From: Octopus sinensis
Lineage: Eukaryota
Length of the DNA stretch: 64,000 nt
Assembly (NCBI RefSeq): GCF_006345805.1
Contig: NW_021831849.1
Location: 124,001 to 188,000, forward strand
Direction of reading: 5' to 3'
Shown: one piece after another, positions 25,991-40,200 of the stretch
Position numbering within the stretch: position 1 is the stretch's first letter
How the letters are laid out: each line of letters begins with the position of its first letter
Made by a program: the position numbers and the translations under genes
Notes under the pieces: generated by a model
Database searches by the model: none
What the model was told of the DNA's origin: nothing
The model's input: only the letters and a program-made list of their open reading frames with translations

Positions 25991-27679
25991 ATTCCCAGGA
26001 TTGAGAGACAATTCCCGCGTAAAACAGCCAGCGAGATCCTTTGAATAAGGAATATACATTCCCTGGGATCTCTGGAGCGATGGGTGCACAGACCCAAGTT
26101 TCTTTAGGTAAGCAAGCGTATGGCCCCGAAAACACAGGAAGTCTTAACGGCAATTGCCCAACAGCAAAAGCGATCGCACAAATCCTCGTATTTCGTCAGT
26201 TTCGTGGATTCGACCTTCTCGGCCTACGAACCGAGTCGACAAGCAGTTGAAGTTTGTGGCAAACTCTTCTTAATTTGATAATTTTAAAGTAAAATTGATA
26301 TTTATTGAATAAGAAATCTAATAACAATGATTGTTAAAAAAAGAACTGACAGTCCATTAGATTGATAAATAATGAATATTATTTTTTATAGTCATAATGA
26401 TGAAATGTCATGTCCCCCAGTGTCATTTTAAGGACTCGATGGTCCTTATAGTAAACTGCCTGTGACTGTTGCAACCATTCACATCCTTCCTGTTCGAGCC
26501 ACGTATTATTGTAATCTTTAGCTAGTTCGTGTTCGATGATTCCTTTGTTTTTTATAGAACCCATGTGCCTGTCAGTTTTACCAAAATGATTCATTTCTGT
26601 TTTAAATTTAATTTTGTTTTTATAGTGTATTCAGGGTTAAGTGCTTTACTGAAAATTAAACAAGTCTACTTAATTCTTATTTATAATTCTTTGATTCGCC
26701 CTTTTCAAGGATGAAACTCATTTTCTAATCAATATTCAATTAACACATATCAATTCCAGTTTATTAAAAGCTATCGAAAATCTGTTCAAATCAAGTAATA
26801 ATTTTACTTGTTTATTTTTATTATTGACATTAAAAAACTTTCTAGACAACTTTTTAATAAATTGTCTTAGTTTTGAGTTAGTTTGTATCCTAATCTGTTC
26901 TACGTAGTATTATTGCACATTTTATTTACAATTGTTGCAAAGATAAACTTAAATTACTTTTTGGTGCCCAACCGAATTGCCACCATAAAAAACGTGTTTT
27001 CAAAAACAGTAGTCAAAGGTAACTATTTGCTAAAATAGGGTATTTGTTACCTCCAGAACCTATGTAGAAATTTGTTTTGATATTTGCTATAAAAAATTCG
27101 CTAAAAGCAGAATATTTGTACGGAGTAAAGAAGGCAATAAAAAATAAAAGACTTGTTAATGACTCAAATAAAATATCGAATCAGTATTCTCCACTTGTTA
27201 ATGTTCCTAGTGATATTGAGTCCACTAACTTTTTTTATCAAAAAGCATGCAATTTTCTGAGCATACAATTTTCTTGATCTAAAAAATAATTGGTTTGTTT
27301 GATCCAGCCTTTACATAAAAGAAACTCTGGCTTCTCGTAACAAGCAGCAAAGATCTTTGAGAAAACCAAACTAATACTAAGGGTGAGTTCGTAGCTTTTT
27401 CCTTCACCCTCATCGCTATACACGAGCTCAAGTAACTCCGTGATCTCTTGCTCACACTATTCCATTAAATCAGGACGGCTTTTGGCGACACTAAATCTAA
27501 CAATGAAGATCAAAAAATCGATTAGGCGTTCTGCTTTTTCATCGTTAAGGTTTTAGAGGACAAGAGGTTAATGAAACCAAAGACATGATCAATATACCTA
27601 TCAACATGAGTAAGAATATTTTTTGCTTCGAAATAACCATATGGGTTTATTAATCTATTTTCATCCTATAGAATAAAGA

Positions 27680-28200
27680 GTTCTTGGCCATTTTCTAAGT
27701 AGTGAGGTTGTGAGATGCATCCACATTTGCAGACAGTTTTGAGTAAAAAAAAACTGGGAAGCTAAAGTCCCATTTTATGCAATCTACTGTATTGACCCAA
27801 AATGTCGAGATACGGATGGATACATCAATATCAACAAATACCAAAGTTCAATTCAATAAGCCAGATATCTATCTACGACAAGCTGAAGAATGTGATTATT
27901 ATAACTGAAGTTAGAATTACATTGCAGGAAAGACTCCTGAAAACTGCACTGAAAAAATTACATAAATGCAATCTTCTGGTTGGGGCACCTGTGAAGATTA
28001 TTACAATTGTGCTGACATGGGACGGAATAATTTCAACTTGTTACAAAGCCTATATAGGAAATTTATCCGTTGAAGGCACGACGAGAACATACATTCAGGC
28101 ACTTGTGATGAAGAAGACGCTGAAAAGGATGGTGGTGGATTCATACGCCTCAAGTTCTCCCAAGAAGAGAAAAATTTCCGGAGACCAGGATTCATGAATT
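27680..28200 (+). mobile_element. RLE-domain 3' fragment of microsporidia-type retroelement
   Basis: SEVVRCIH..QNVEIRMDT..QFNKPDI.YDK..ITEVRIT..VLTWDGII..TYIQALVMKKTL. Confidence 0.8.
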
Positions 28201-28419
28201 AGTTAATTTCACATTTTGGGTTTAGTTGTTAAATAATAAAGAAGTATCAAAAATGTATTCAGGTGTTAATATTAGAATAGAATAGAGAATAGAATAGCGT
28301 TTATTGAGCGAAAAGAAAAACAAAGAAGAAATCATCGGCGGGGAGATAAAAACAAGGCACCGAAGTGTCTCTTTCCATGCGTATCCCCAATACTAGTCAT
28401 GTTGACGACAATTCTCCAA

Positions 28420-30988
28420 GACCATCCGGATCGTGGGCACAGAGGATTCTTGTGAGTCTTTTAACCTTCCGTCAAGTTGTACTCCGTAAGCCAATTTCAT
28501 AGCGAACGTCTTGTCTTTTCCAACTGTTCGATCAGGTAGTCACTCTCCTCCGTACCGTACCAGCCCTCGTAGCCATATGTGAGGACTGGCTGCACACACG
28601 TTTTGTATACGTAGATGTACGTTTCCGGATCCAGATGGAACCTGGTTAAGCTTTTGAGGATCCTCACACTCCTCTTTCTCTGATTTGCTATATGCTCTAC
28701 GTATGAGCCACGACAGTTGATGGTTGCTCCCAGGTAAGAAGATTTTTGCTTTTCGGGAGATCCATCACATAGCTACTCATCGCATATGCACACGACTCCG
28801 CATAGCGACTCCCTCTCCGCAACCATGAAATGGTGCTCTTCTCCGGTGCTAGGGTCAAACCCTTCTCTATAGTCCACATCTTTAGCGTTGCAATGTATGA
28901 TTTCAGTCGTCTCCAAGACTGCGATATCCTTTTCGAGGTATCCATGACCAGGATATCGTCAGCATAGATAACGAGCTTGCCAGTACGTGTCGACGGCAGA
29001 GGAATGTCCGCCAAGAAGAGGTTGAACAGAAGTGGACTCAAGATAGATCCCTGCGGGACTCCCCTTCTAAGTTCCACACACCCCGATAGGCGGTTTCCAC
29101 AGCGGACAAATGATTGTCTTCCTGACAAGAAGCTCTCCAGCCATCGATAGGTCTTTATCCCGGCTCCGATGTCATGGATTCTGGAGAGTAGGCCCAGGTG
29201 CCACACGCTATCGAAGGCTTTGGCCAGATCCAGACACACCACAGTTAGCCATGCTTCATTTCTGTCAGCACGGGATAATTGGTGCTCTAACTCCCTGAGG
29301 CAGTCCCCTGTGGATCTTCCTCCACGAAATCCCCATTGTTCGGGTAAAAGCAAATTTTGTGACTCTATATGACCAGAGAGTCTGTTAAAGACAATCTTTT
29401 CCATTGTCTTAGAGAAAGCACAAATGAGGCTAATTGGCCGGTAGTTCTGTGCCAGCAGTGTCGATTTACCAGATTTTGGAATCATTCGAACAATCGTATG
29501 CTTCCACGCCGATGGAAGGTGCCCGAACGTCCAGCTGGCGTGAAACAACATAGTCAATGCTCGTATCAAGATTTCAGGGGCCTTCTTTAACAACTTCGGA
29601 GGGATGTAGTCGAAGCCAGGCGCCTTGTTCTTCAACCCAGCAATTGCCCTTTCAACCTCTTCCTGTGTTATCGCCCCCCATAATGGTCCCTCCGATAATT
29701 GCGAAGAGCCAAGCTTCTTCACAATTCGGTCATAAGTCCCTCGTGGAACGGTAGATTCGACCTCTTGAACCTGACTGAGTTGGTTCCTGAGTACTTCCGG
29801 GATACGATCAGAGGATATATTTCCCGTCTGGTTCTTTTAGTGAAATTTCAAATCCTTTGGCATCATTTCTGGTAAGGCGTTGATATGCTTTCCAGAAATT
29901 AGGGTTTCGCTTATCCAGTTTTCTGCATTCAGACCTCCATTTACTTTCGACCTCAGTCTTGGCCATTTTTGCAATAGTAGATTTTATCTTGTCGATCTCC
30001 AATTTCAGGCGGCATTTGATTGACTCAACCCGACATCTTCTCCTGCGATTTTCCAGGGTACCTTTCGTTCTGATCAGAGTGACAAGTTTCGAATTCATCC
30101 GCTTTTGCGTTCCTTTGGGTTTCCATACATTTTTTAATGCATAAACATCCAGGAATTTTATGATTGACAATCTAAGGTGATCATCGAGATTGTCAATATC
30201 ATCTCTGCTTCTCAGAGGCTGGGACACGACATTTCGAAGAGAATCCCGCATATATGATTCGAATAAACTCCAGTTCATGTTCACGAGGTTGTAACCAATG
30301 AACAAGTCCTCCGTAACATTCATAGTCATCTTTATCAACATCGTTTGCGGCACGTGGTCAGAGCCAATGTCCGCTTCCAACCTCGGTATGTAACATAAAG
30401 GACTAATTGATGCCGAGCATAGAAAGAGACCCAAGCGATCAGCCCTGCCTCTGTCTGCATAATGATTCAGTTCTTCCGATGTAAAGACCGAAAAACCCAA
30501 GCTACTGGCCAAGTCCTCAAGGACAGTTCCATCCATATTCGTAGTTTCACATCCATAACTCACATTTTTGGCATTAAGATCTCCTGCTAGGATTGACAGG
30601 CAATTTTCCTCAAAGAACGTCCAATAACGTTTGAATAGCGCCTTAGCGACTTTGAGTACATTCCCCCGACGGTTAGCCAGCCAGCAGTCGTGTGCAGCTC
30701 GAGCACAATAAGTTCACAGAGTGACTCCTCCACAATTCTGATGTTTCTTACCTTAAGGTTCGCCCTGTAGTAGACTGAGGTTCCTGTCCCCGCCACTGAG
30801 TTTATTTTCCATGGTATATTAATAGACTTATAGCCTTCGAATTCCACCCTCGTAGCTTCCTTCAGCTTAGTCTCATTGATAATCAATATGTGAGACTTCG
30901 CTGTGGCCAGCAGGAGCCTCAGCTCCGATGCCCGTCTCGCAAGCGAGCGGGCATTTAGAATTGTCAGAGCAAGGAATCCTTCCGACAT
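28420..30988 (-). pseudogene. LINE ORF2 (APE endonuclease and reverse transcriptase), frameshifted
   Basis: LTILNARSL, LIINETKL, GDLNAK, SDHVP; KAPGFD, YRPISL, DLAKAFDSVWH, GVPQGSILSPLLF, YADD. Confidence 0.92.
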
Positions 30989-33004
30989 GGGTGGCTGACC
31001 TCCCGTGGGAGCGCCACCTTTTTCGGTAAAGGGGGTCTGCCTGCTTTCCGTTTGCCACCGGTTTCAGCCGGCTCTGGAGGCGTCCCATCGTCCTCCACCG
31101 GGCTTCGGGGCTTGGCAGCTGAACTCCAGATTTTGCTACTGCAGTTTTCTTCACTGCTCTCGCCTTCGGGGCGGCGGGTTTTGTTCTGGGCATGGGTCCG
31201 TTTGAATTCCCGTGTTAATGAAGCAGGTCTGACTTCCGATTCGATCAAGTTCTTGACGATAACGTCAGTTTGAACACCAATATCGCATTTCGGATTAAGT
31301 ACTTCTTCGACCAAGACATTTGTATGCCAGACATTTGTATTGCATTTACACGATTTCTCTTAGTGGGAGTCACTTCCAGTTTCTCTTCTTTGTCGATTGT
31401 TTCGCCACCGGACAGCCCAACCAGTTCGCCCGGTGTCCATGTGATCCGCAGTTGATGCACGGGAGTTTGACGTTGTTCCGATCGTACATTGGGTGCGATC
31501 GTGTGCATCACCACACAACAAACAGCGCACTGTCTCCTTACAGTATAACGAGATGTGTCCAAATTTGTAACATCGATAGCATTGCCTCTCGGGATTTTTG
31601 TACCAGGTAAAACGTATTTGGTTGAAGCCAATTTTAAGACCTAGGGTGATCAACGACTGTGCTTCGTTTCTGTCCTGGATAGTAAGCTTGCCAAGTGGCA
31701 GATATTTCCCATTTTTACTAAATCTCTCCAGTTTGAACCCTGGAGATAGCACTTTCGACAAAAGCCTGTGTAGATCCTCGTTATCAACCCAAAAAGGTAA
31801 ATTCCTCATCATTAAGGTCGAATCCGTGGGTGTCCGGTGCTCTATTGTGTGCCCATTGTCACCAAAAGGAAGCTTCATTTCCCAATCGTTTTTAAAAGAC
31901 TCGAAATCCAGTTCCGAATTAAAGACAAGGGCGATATCGTGTTTTAGCGTCTTAAAATCATAAGGGACCAATTTTGATTAGAAATCGCAAATAAATTAAT
32001 ATTATTATATTATTTTTTAAAAATTATTATAATTATCAAACTAATTATTATCTGCAACGCTTTAACAGTATTTTTGAATGATGTCTCGTGGAAGGCCGTC
32101 TCATCGACTATTATTGTTAATAATACTCAACCAACATATGATTTGTTACTATTGGTGGAAAAGAGAGGGGCAACCCTAGGAATATTTTTCTGGTCGAAGT
32201 TCCTGATCGGAGTCGAGACACGCTGATTCCAATAATCCAAACTCATGTACAGAATGGATCGATTATCTGTACGGATTATTGGCCAGCCTACAATAGAATC
32301 GAATTGTTAGGATATGCCGATCATTTAAGAGTCAACCACAGCCGCAATTTTGTTGATCAGAACAATCGCACCACACATACGCAGGGAATCGAGTCATTGT
32401 GGTCTCACGCCAAGAACAAGCTAAAAAGGATGAATGGAACATCCCGTGTTCTTTTTAATTCTTATCTGGCGGAATTTGAATGGCGGTGGAGAAATGATAC
32501 GTATCCCTGTGGAGGCGGGAATGCATTTATTAAAATGTTAATAACTATTAATTCTCAGTATCCTTTGTCTTAATAATTCGAGTTTTTCACTGTTTTCATG
32601 TTTTACTAAGTTGCTGTAAAAAATGTAGTTTTAAAAAATTTAAATTTAGGGTTGCCACAGTATTGTACATATAAATTTAATTATAATAATTTTTAAAAAA
32701 TAATATAATAATATTAATTTAGTTGCGATTTCTAATCAAAATTGGTCCCTTATGATTTTAAGACGCTAAAACACGATATCGCCAAGACAAGTTCGTATGA
32801 GCCATCAAAGCGACGGGAGATTCTCGCCTTGAGGGCAGTTTTCGAATTACAGATGATATTGGCTACCTCAATTGAATCAAAAGAGGTGTTTGACACACGT
32901 ACAATTATCGACACTTTCCGATTTTCTTTTTCTTGTTTGAAATTAACATTAATTTTGCTATTTGCAATTTTGCTATTTGCACAACCAGAAAAGAAACGCA
33001 CCAT
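30964..33004 (-). pseudogene. LINE ORF1 (RRM-like plus CCHC knuckles), split by Merlin
   Basis: Removing 31930-32783 and one TSD joins GSYELV to FNSELDFES in frame; LMMRNLP, CYRCYKFGHISLYC, CLLCGDAHDRTQC, CINCGSHGHRANWLGC. Confidence 0.88.
31930..32783 (+). mobile_element. Merlin (IS1595/ISXO2-like) internal-deletion derivative
   Basis: ~106-bp TIRs starting GGCGATATCG (1 mismatch); 8-bp TSD aagacaag at 31922-31929 and 32784-32791; DDE fragment VEVPDRSRDTL..TDYWPAY..VNHSRNFVD..HTQGIESLWS. Confidence 0.95.
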
Positions 33005-33350
33005 GTGTTAATATTAAATCCTTTCTCGCAATTTCACAAATCTAAAATACCTAATTTAAAATTTAGAACTTCTGTTGTTTATGAAACTCGTATCAAGGCG
33101 TATCAAAACATAAAATAAAAATTTTTTTGGTAAACTATTGCGAGCAATCTCATTTTGAATTTATCCAATCTCGTCGATTCCAACTTTTGATCAAAACTAG
33201 TATGACAAAACACAAAAACTTGAATTTTATATTTGAAATTTTATTAATGATATTCCTAAAAATATCTAAGTCTGATCCAGTATAATTGGAGTATGACTCC
33301 CAATCTGACTTTTGAATTGAGAACAAACACCAAATCCCCATTCTCTACAC

Positions 33351-34112
33351 AAGGTTTCCAAGCTTTTTTTTACTCCTTAGAGAAAAAGTACAATCTTGTC
33401 CATATTCCATAATATAGAAATTATTATTTATCAAAAAACATTTTTTAAAACAAAAAGTTAATGAATAATTAGAGTTTCTCCGATATTGTGCGTTTTCTTG
33501 CATTTTGCAATCCTGTAAGAAACTTTGTACGATGCTAGTAAAGCATTTGAAGAGACAGAAACAAGTTTTTTTAACGATTTCGTTTGGTTATCAAACTCTT
33601 CTAATTTTCTTTTAAAAAATTCTTCAGACTTATGGACATGTTCAGAATGCATCGTTTCAAAATGTCTTCTTAATTGCATGGCCTCATACTATCTGCTGCA
33701 AGTGTTTTGAGGCAAAGCAAACAGAGGGGTTTTTCCATAGAATCAACAAAGATACGTGTGAATCCTAACAATAAGTAAGATGGAAAGTATTTTCTTGTCT
33801 TTGGAGTGGTATTGATTATATTCCAATCATTTTGATTTTTGAACCATCGTCAAAATCTTTATTATTCGTGAATTTTCTTTTGCAACCACTCAAGAATTTA
33901 TTCATGTGTTAAAATTATTTAATTGTCTAATAAATTAAATAAATTTTTGAAAAAATATAATTTTAAATTAATAACTCTTATTATCGGAATATAGTCACGT
34001 TTTTTACATAGATATAATTTTCTAAAAAATGTTTCTGAAATACTTTTCGCGCCTCCCTTGACACGAGTCAACGCCTCCCTAGGGAGGCGCGCCTCCCCAT
34101 TGGAAACCTCTG
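33351..34112 (-). mobile_element. Buster/Charlie-type hAT deletion derivative
   Basis: TIR (c)agaggtttccaa, left copy damaged; 8-bp TSD ctctacac at 33343-33350 and 34113-34120; ZBED5-like fragment LRRHFETMH..ALLASYKVSYRIAKCKKTHNIGETLI. Confidence 0.85.
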
Positions 34113-34253
34113 CTCTACACTCAGGAATTAATATTAAAAAGTAAACAAAATTTGCTTCAAATCAATCAAGATTATACACATTTCAACGAAACTTTATTAA
34201 TAATTTATTAGTAAATTTTAATAAATCATTAGAATTATTAGTTCAAACTTAGT

Positions 34254-37200
34254 TTAATTAATAACAGCTATAGGATATTTTATCTTTTGTTGTGTGTCCT
34301 TGATAGTGCATATATACGTTCCTTCGTTTAGGTGATTCATCACATTTATAGAAAGAGTGTTCCCTTGAATTTTTACGTTATTTTCAAAATTTTTATCGAG
34401 CATTGACCAAGAAATTGCTACTGTCTATAATAATAACATACTTTTGCCAGAAGCTTCGCATTTAAGCATAACTGAGTTTCCAATTGCAATATTTCGCGTG
34501 TTCTGCGTAATATCTGCTAAAACAATTTTTTCTATAATTAAATATCAATAAAATAGAACCTTTAACAGTAATATAAAGAAACAGAGGCTCCAGTGACTTG
34601 ACTGCACCTGAACTAGTAATATAATTAAGATTTGCGATGTAGTATCCCTCCTTAAACAAATCAATGTTAATATTGACGGGATAAGTTTTAATTTCTTTGT
34701 TAAAAATCTAAAAAATAACGTTTAAATTGAATACAGAATTATCTGAGAAATCTGTTATAGTTAATTTTGTGGTCTGATATTTGACATTTGTTTTCCAATC
34801 AATCACTATTTTATCAGAATGAATTTCAGATTCAATCACCCCAACGTCTATGAATTAATATTGTGATTAACCGATTTGCTTTTGATAGAGATAGTAAATA
34901 GAATTTGTTTTAATTTTAAATGATTTGAATGTGGCAACGAGATTAATTTCATACGTCTTGTCGTTGATCAGTTCATAAAATTCATATTTATTCCCTGTCA
35001 CAGGAATTGTGTCCTTTTTATAATATAAATTAAGTAAACTTTATATGTTCCTCCGATTTCATTTATTTCAATGTAATATTTAAAGTGACTTCCTATCGAT
35101 GTCCAATAAAGTGTTGGAATTCCATTATTTTCACGCATTGCTACCTGAATTCTCATTCCTGTGATTTTAGTGACTAATTTGTTATTTAAATATATTAAAA
35201 ACCCAAAATATTTATTGTTACTCTCATCTTTTTAGAAATATACTTGACCCCGTTTATATCAGTCATGATCACTGTGATTATATACTTTTGTCCGGTCGGG
35301 AGGCCATTTATTTCGATATTTTTTTGTTCAACTTTGTCTAATTTTATTATTTTCTGAAATTAATTAAATATGTTTTACTTTTTGACCGTCAGAATCCTCA
35401 CAAATAACTTCCATCGACACAATATTTTTTAGTTCGTTCCAAGAAATTTGTACGGATCCTTTTTTACTATTTGTTTTGACATCAAAGTCAGTTGGTACTA
35501 AAATGTATTTTTATAGATAAAAAAAACAACTTTCTGAATTATAATCAAAAGATTTTGACGTAGAGTGATAAAATAAGTTATGGGAAACTTTGGCAACTAT
35601 CGATAGTTCATATCCTTTTCCATTTGTGAAATATTTAGCTGGGATGATTAACTGGGAATCGTCAACGGGACATTCAAAAAGTTGGGACTACCAAATTAAT
35701 CACGCAAATATTACTTTATGGGTTTCAGTATTTAACAGATTTAACAAAAAAGACTTTCCAAAATCTTCTTTTCGATACCATTTTATTTCCACATTTTTCG
35801 ATGGGTCGATAATAACTTCATTTATTCCAATATCTTAAAATTCAAGTTTGTTTACTAAACTATTATTTAGTTCTTTATGATCAAAAAGAGTGAACAATTC
35901 AGGCATAGATGCAATATATGTCTTTTGACTTGTTTTGAACTCCATCCATATTTCATACGTTTTTCCAGGGTGAAGACCACCAATCATAAACTTCTGCCCC
36001 TCATTGTTTTTAATTTCAACATATTTTGACGGCTTTAGATAATCAAAACTAAAAATACTGAATGCCTGCCTTCACTCAATTCTGAAACAGCAATAAAGTG
36101 ATTTTGAACAATAGGCGTTATTACAAACAGTCTTCCATCGCTCAGAATGTCTATCCATTTAGGTGTGACATCTATTAGCTATTGAGGAAATAAATCACTG
36201 AGTTTTTGAGCGGATAGAGAATAAGAATTCCCTTCATATTCAATATTCTTGAATGTATAATAGAATTTAATAATATAATTTAATCTTGAAAAAATATTTT
36301 CAAAATTTAGATAATCATTTACAAAATTTTTGTCCAACACTGTCGTGATTTTCTAAAATGAATTATTTACTTCCATTCAACTACATTTTCAGATTTTGTT
36401 TGATCAGATATCACAATTTTGATCTTTTTAGAATCCTTAAACCACAATAGTTTGTTTGCAAATTTAAGTGTTACATGTCCATCTTCCCAGATCACAATCT
36501 TATTAATGTCTATTTTTTCTAAAAACATTTTCAAAAATATGTATGCACCGTCGCTTGATAAATGACTTAGTGGAATTTTACAACTCAAATATGTCACTTT
36601 ATCAAAACGAGCTTCTAGTTGTATTTGAAATTTGTCCAAAGAGTCGCGTTTAAATTCCAAATAGTTCGAGCTTGCAAAAATATCTTGCGTTTTCTTCAAA
36701 TAGAGCAACAATTTATTACTTTTGAATTTTCATCAAATATTACTAGAAATATTTTCGATTCTGGATTTTCACTTTCTTTAGATATTTTAATTTTCACGAG
36801 GTTATCATTTCTAAATATTATTTTTTCAATTTTAGCGTCTATATATTATGAACCGTGAATTACCGAAATTTCCATAATTCACTGAAATCTTTTCGCTAAG
36901 ATAAACAATTCCATTTTGATCTATTGCATTAAGTCTAATGTTATAAGTAAAGTCTATATCATATTCAAATACGAGTTCATTATTTTCAATTGGCATATCT
37001 ACCGTTTCCTATATAATTCGATTTAATACAATACATTTTTATTTTGGTTTTCAACGTGTAATACAACGGAGGTAAATTTTATATTTACATTTGAATAAAT
37101 TTGTACTCGAATATGTTTCAAAGATACCTTTACGGATTTAAACATCAACCCTGTTCAATTTTATACCATATTTTACCAGCTATTGACAGTTGCTGTCTTT

Positions 37201-40200
37201 TTCCACATACTCTCAGTTTTTTCTCTAAATTTAGACAATGATCAATATAATAATTATTTGGTTTAAGATTTATCTCCGTTACAATCTTTTTTTTAGAATC
37301 ATTTTCATATTGGAATTCATCAATAAACTAAAAATATATATTCATTTAAAAACTTTATTATCAGTAAAAACTGATATATGTAAAACTCGAGATGGTGTAC
37401 CACTTGGTACTGCTGTAAATGTTAAAAAATCATCAGAGGTTAATGAAATATCATTTAACTCTAAAATATTGTGTTAATTGTCAACGAACTTGGAATAAAA
37501 TTATAAAATATTGTTTTTATTTCGCTATGGTATGCTCTTTCGTTATTAACGGCACTGATTTGTATTTTATATCTGACACCGGGGTTTATTTCATTAATTT
37601 GTCCTTTATGTGAATCTATCAAAATATTCCGACTCTGAACAAATTAGGAATCTAGATTAAGTTATACATAATTATTTTGTTTCCCCGAGAAAATTTTGAC
37701 TGAATAAACATAATCTTTGTCATTAATTTTACTATCAAAGTCAATTTCTGCTATTCCAGTATTAGAAACGGTAATCGATTCGATCCCAAAAAATAATTTA
37801 TAAGAATAAACATTTTAAAGGTGTTTTTTGAATATCTATTCCAGCAGGCTGAATATTGAATCCATTCATAATTATTCTTATTTTTATTAAAATTGTTGAG
37901 AATGAATGTATTGTGAAACCGAATTTATTGCTTTCTTCGGTTATCGTATCTTTTGCTAATAATTTCTATATCTCAGAAAATTGTATAATTACTTCTATTC
38001 CGTCTTTAATGTAATAAGCCTGAATATGAGTTCCAGCTGAAAATAAATATGAAAATATATATTCAAAGACACTGTTTTCATATACATTAACAGTTTTTAT
38101 AAAATCTGTAAGTATTTAATTTGTATAAAAATACTGTCTGAAATCACATGTATGGAATACATATCAGACTCATAAGAAATAATAGCATTTTTTAGCATTA
38201 TAATTCTATACATATACAATTGATTGCCCTTCAAGTTCTCTATTTTTATGCTTTTGGAATTTGGAGTAAATGTTTTCATATCATAATTTTTTAAAGTTGA
38301 AATTTCATTCTAAAATAATTGTTTAGAATATTTAAACATGGATAGCAGAATTCCAATACATTATCATATATTGAGACTCAGAAATTATAGAATCCAGTAT
38401 AACTTCAAACCCGTTCTCAAATGAAATCACGTTTTTAGCAACAACTAATTTGAGTCCAACGTCAGAATCTATTTACCTGCATTTTGCTCTACTTCGATCT
38501 TTTGATGACTTGAATTGTATTTTCTTTGATATTTGTCCGTGAATATCAAAGTTAATGTATATTTTTCGCCAAGTTTAAAATTATTTGCATTAATTTTGGG
38601 ACAACTGCTGTTTATTTTGAGATTTACAATTTCTTTTGACTAATAGTAGTGATTATTTTTTGATCAGAATTACCTTATCGTTTAAAATTTGAAGTGTATA
38701 TTGTCCAGCGACGTTTGGGTGAGAAGTAGACCAATATATCTCACAGTGACCATTATTTGGATTAATTTTTATCGAATTAAAATTAAGTATAAGTTTATCG
38801 ATCTCTAAATATCACAATATATTTATGGAAGTACTCTTTGAGACAATTGTGATTTCTTTAGAATAAACTTTAGTTTTAACTCCATTAATCTTTATAATGA
38901 CTGTCATAATATAAGGTTTTAAAGGAATTATTCCGGGCAAGCTAATAGTTTGGCCTGCCTTATAAGTAGGGACAAGTATTTCATTTGTCTAGAATGTAAA
39001 TAAAAATAATAAACTTTATTTGAGCCCAGATCAAAGCAATGTATGATAATGGATGTTTCTTCTTTCAAATCCAATTTAGGCACTTTAAATACTGGGAAAT
39101 TCGTATTAACATCGATATTTGGAGTTTCAAAAACAATTTCATCTGCAAATTCAGTAAAAACGAAACCTTTTGGTATACTGATGGTATTTTTATCAATAAA
39201 ATGAATTACGCCGTCATTCCCAATCACTTTAATTGTGATCATAAATGTTCCCGATTTTTCAAATTTGAATTTGGTAATATCATTAGTTGAAATATTAAAT
39301 TCAGTTTTCTAGATTACATAAAATCTTTAGTACTTCTTTTGTAACTGTGTTTGTAAGGCAAAATATCCAAAACTTAATATTTGTAATTTTATTATAATTT
39401 ATATAAATCCACCCTTTTTGAGATATGTCAATAGAAATTTCTTCAAAATCTAATTTTAGAGTTCACAAAATAATCACATTTTTTAGTTGTAATGATTTTT
39501 GTTTGCTCCTTTATGATTATTCCATTTATAACGTAGAACTTAATTGAGAAAACTGTTTCAGGTTTCAGACCATCAAATGAAACAATATTTCCGACATCTT
39601 TTGTTGCCTCTGATTCATGAATCTATAAATTCAGCAATATTTTACTACAATATTGTTTCCTTCCAAGACCTTAATAACAAGTTTTTCATTTTCCAAAATT
39701 TTAAACTTCGTCAAATCAATGTTTATAAATTCTTTATGAATTTCAACTTTAGGAATTTCGACTATAATTAATATTAAATGAGCATGTAAAACATGGCTTG
39801 TCGTAGATTAATTGGAATTTGTTGCTAATGTATTCATAATTGAAAACCACTGTTTTCAGATAAAACTCAATGTTCGACCCAATAGTACAATTGTAAACAT
39901 TAATTGACTTACAATTCTGACAAGTTTGTACTATTTCTTTATTCTATTTAATTGGCATTAAAATAAATTCATACAGTAGTTGTATCAACGAGAATTAAAT
40001 GCACTTGATACTTTAATTGATTTGTTTTAATTGTAAAACAAACTTTAAGTTCATTCAAAGGTATCATCTTAACGGAATTTATTTTAACTGAAAATATGGT
40101 TTAATAGTGTACCTAATTCTTCATATTTGAATGAAAAATCAACGGATTGATAATACAATTTGTCTGTGCTCGAACTTTTTAAGTGTAAGAAAATTAAATA

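Larger units (their letters stand above)
28275..33004 (-). mobile_element. TSD-bounded LINE (Jockey/I-group-like: ORF1 with three zinc knuckles, ORF2 APE plus RT)
   Basis: 12-bp TSD gtgttaatatta at 28263-28274 and 33005-33016; AATAAA followed by a (CTATT)n tail; ORF1 and ORF2 present; interrupted by Merlin at 31930-32783. Confidence 0.93.

Noticed and set aside
29110-31963. Plus-strand ORFs over the LINE
   Set aside because: Antisense shadows of GC-richer coding sequence.
32742-33011. Plus-strand ORF sharing its N-terminus with ORF 31360-31971
   Set aside because: Artefact of the Merlin TIRs.
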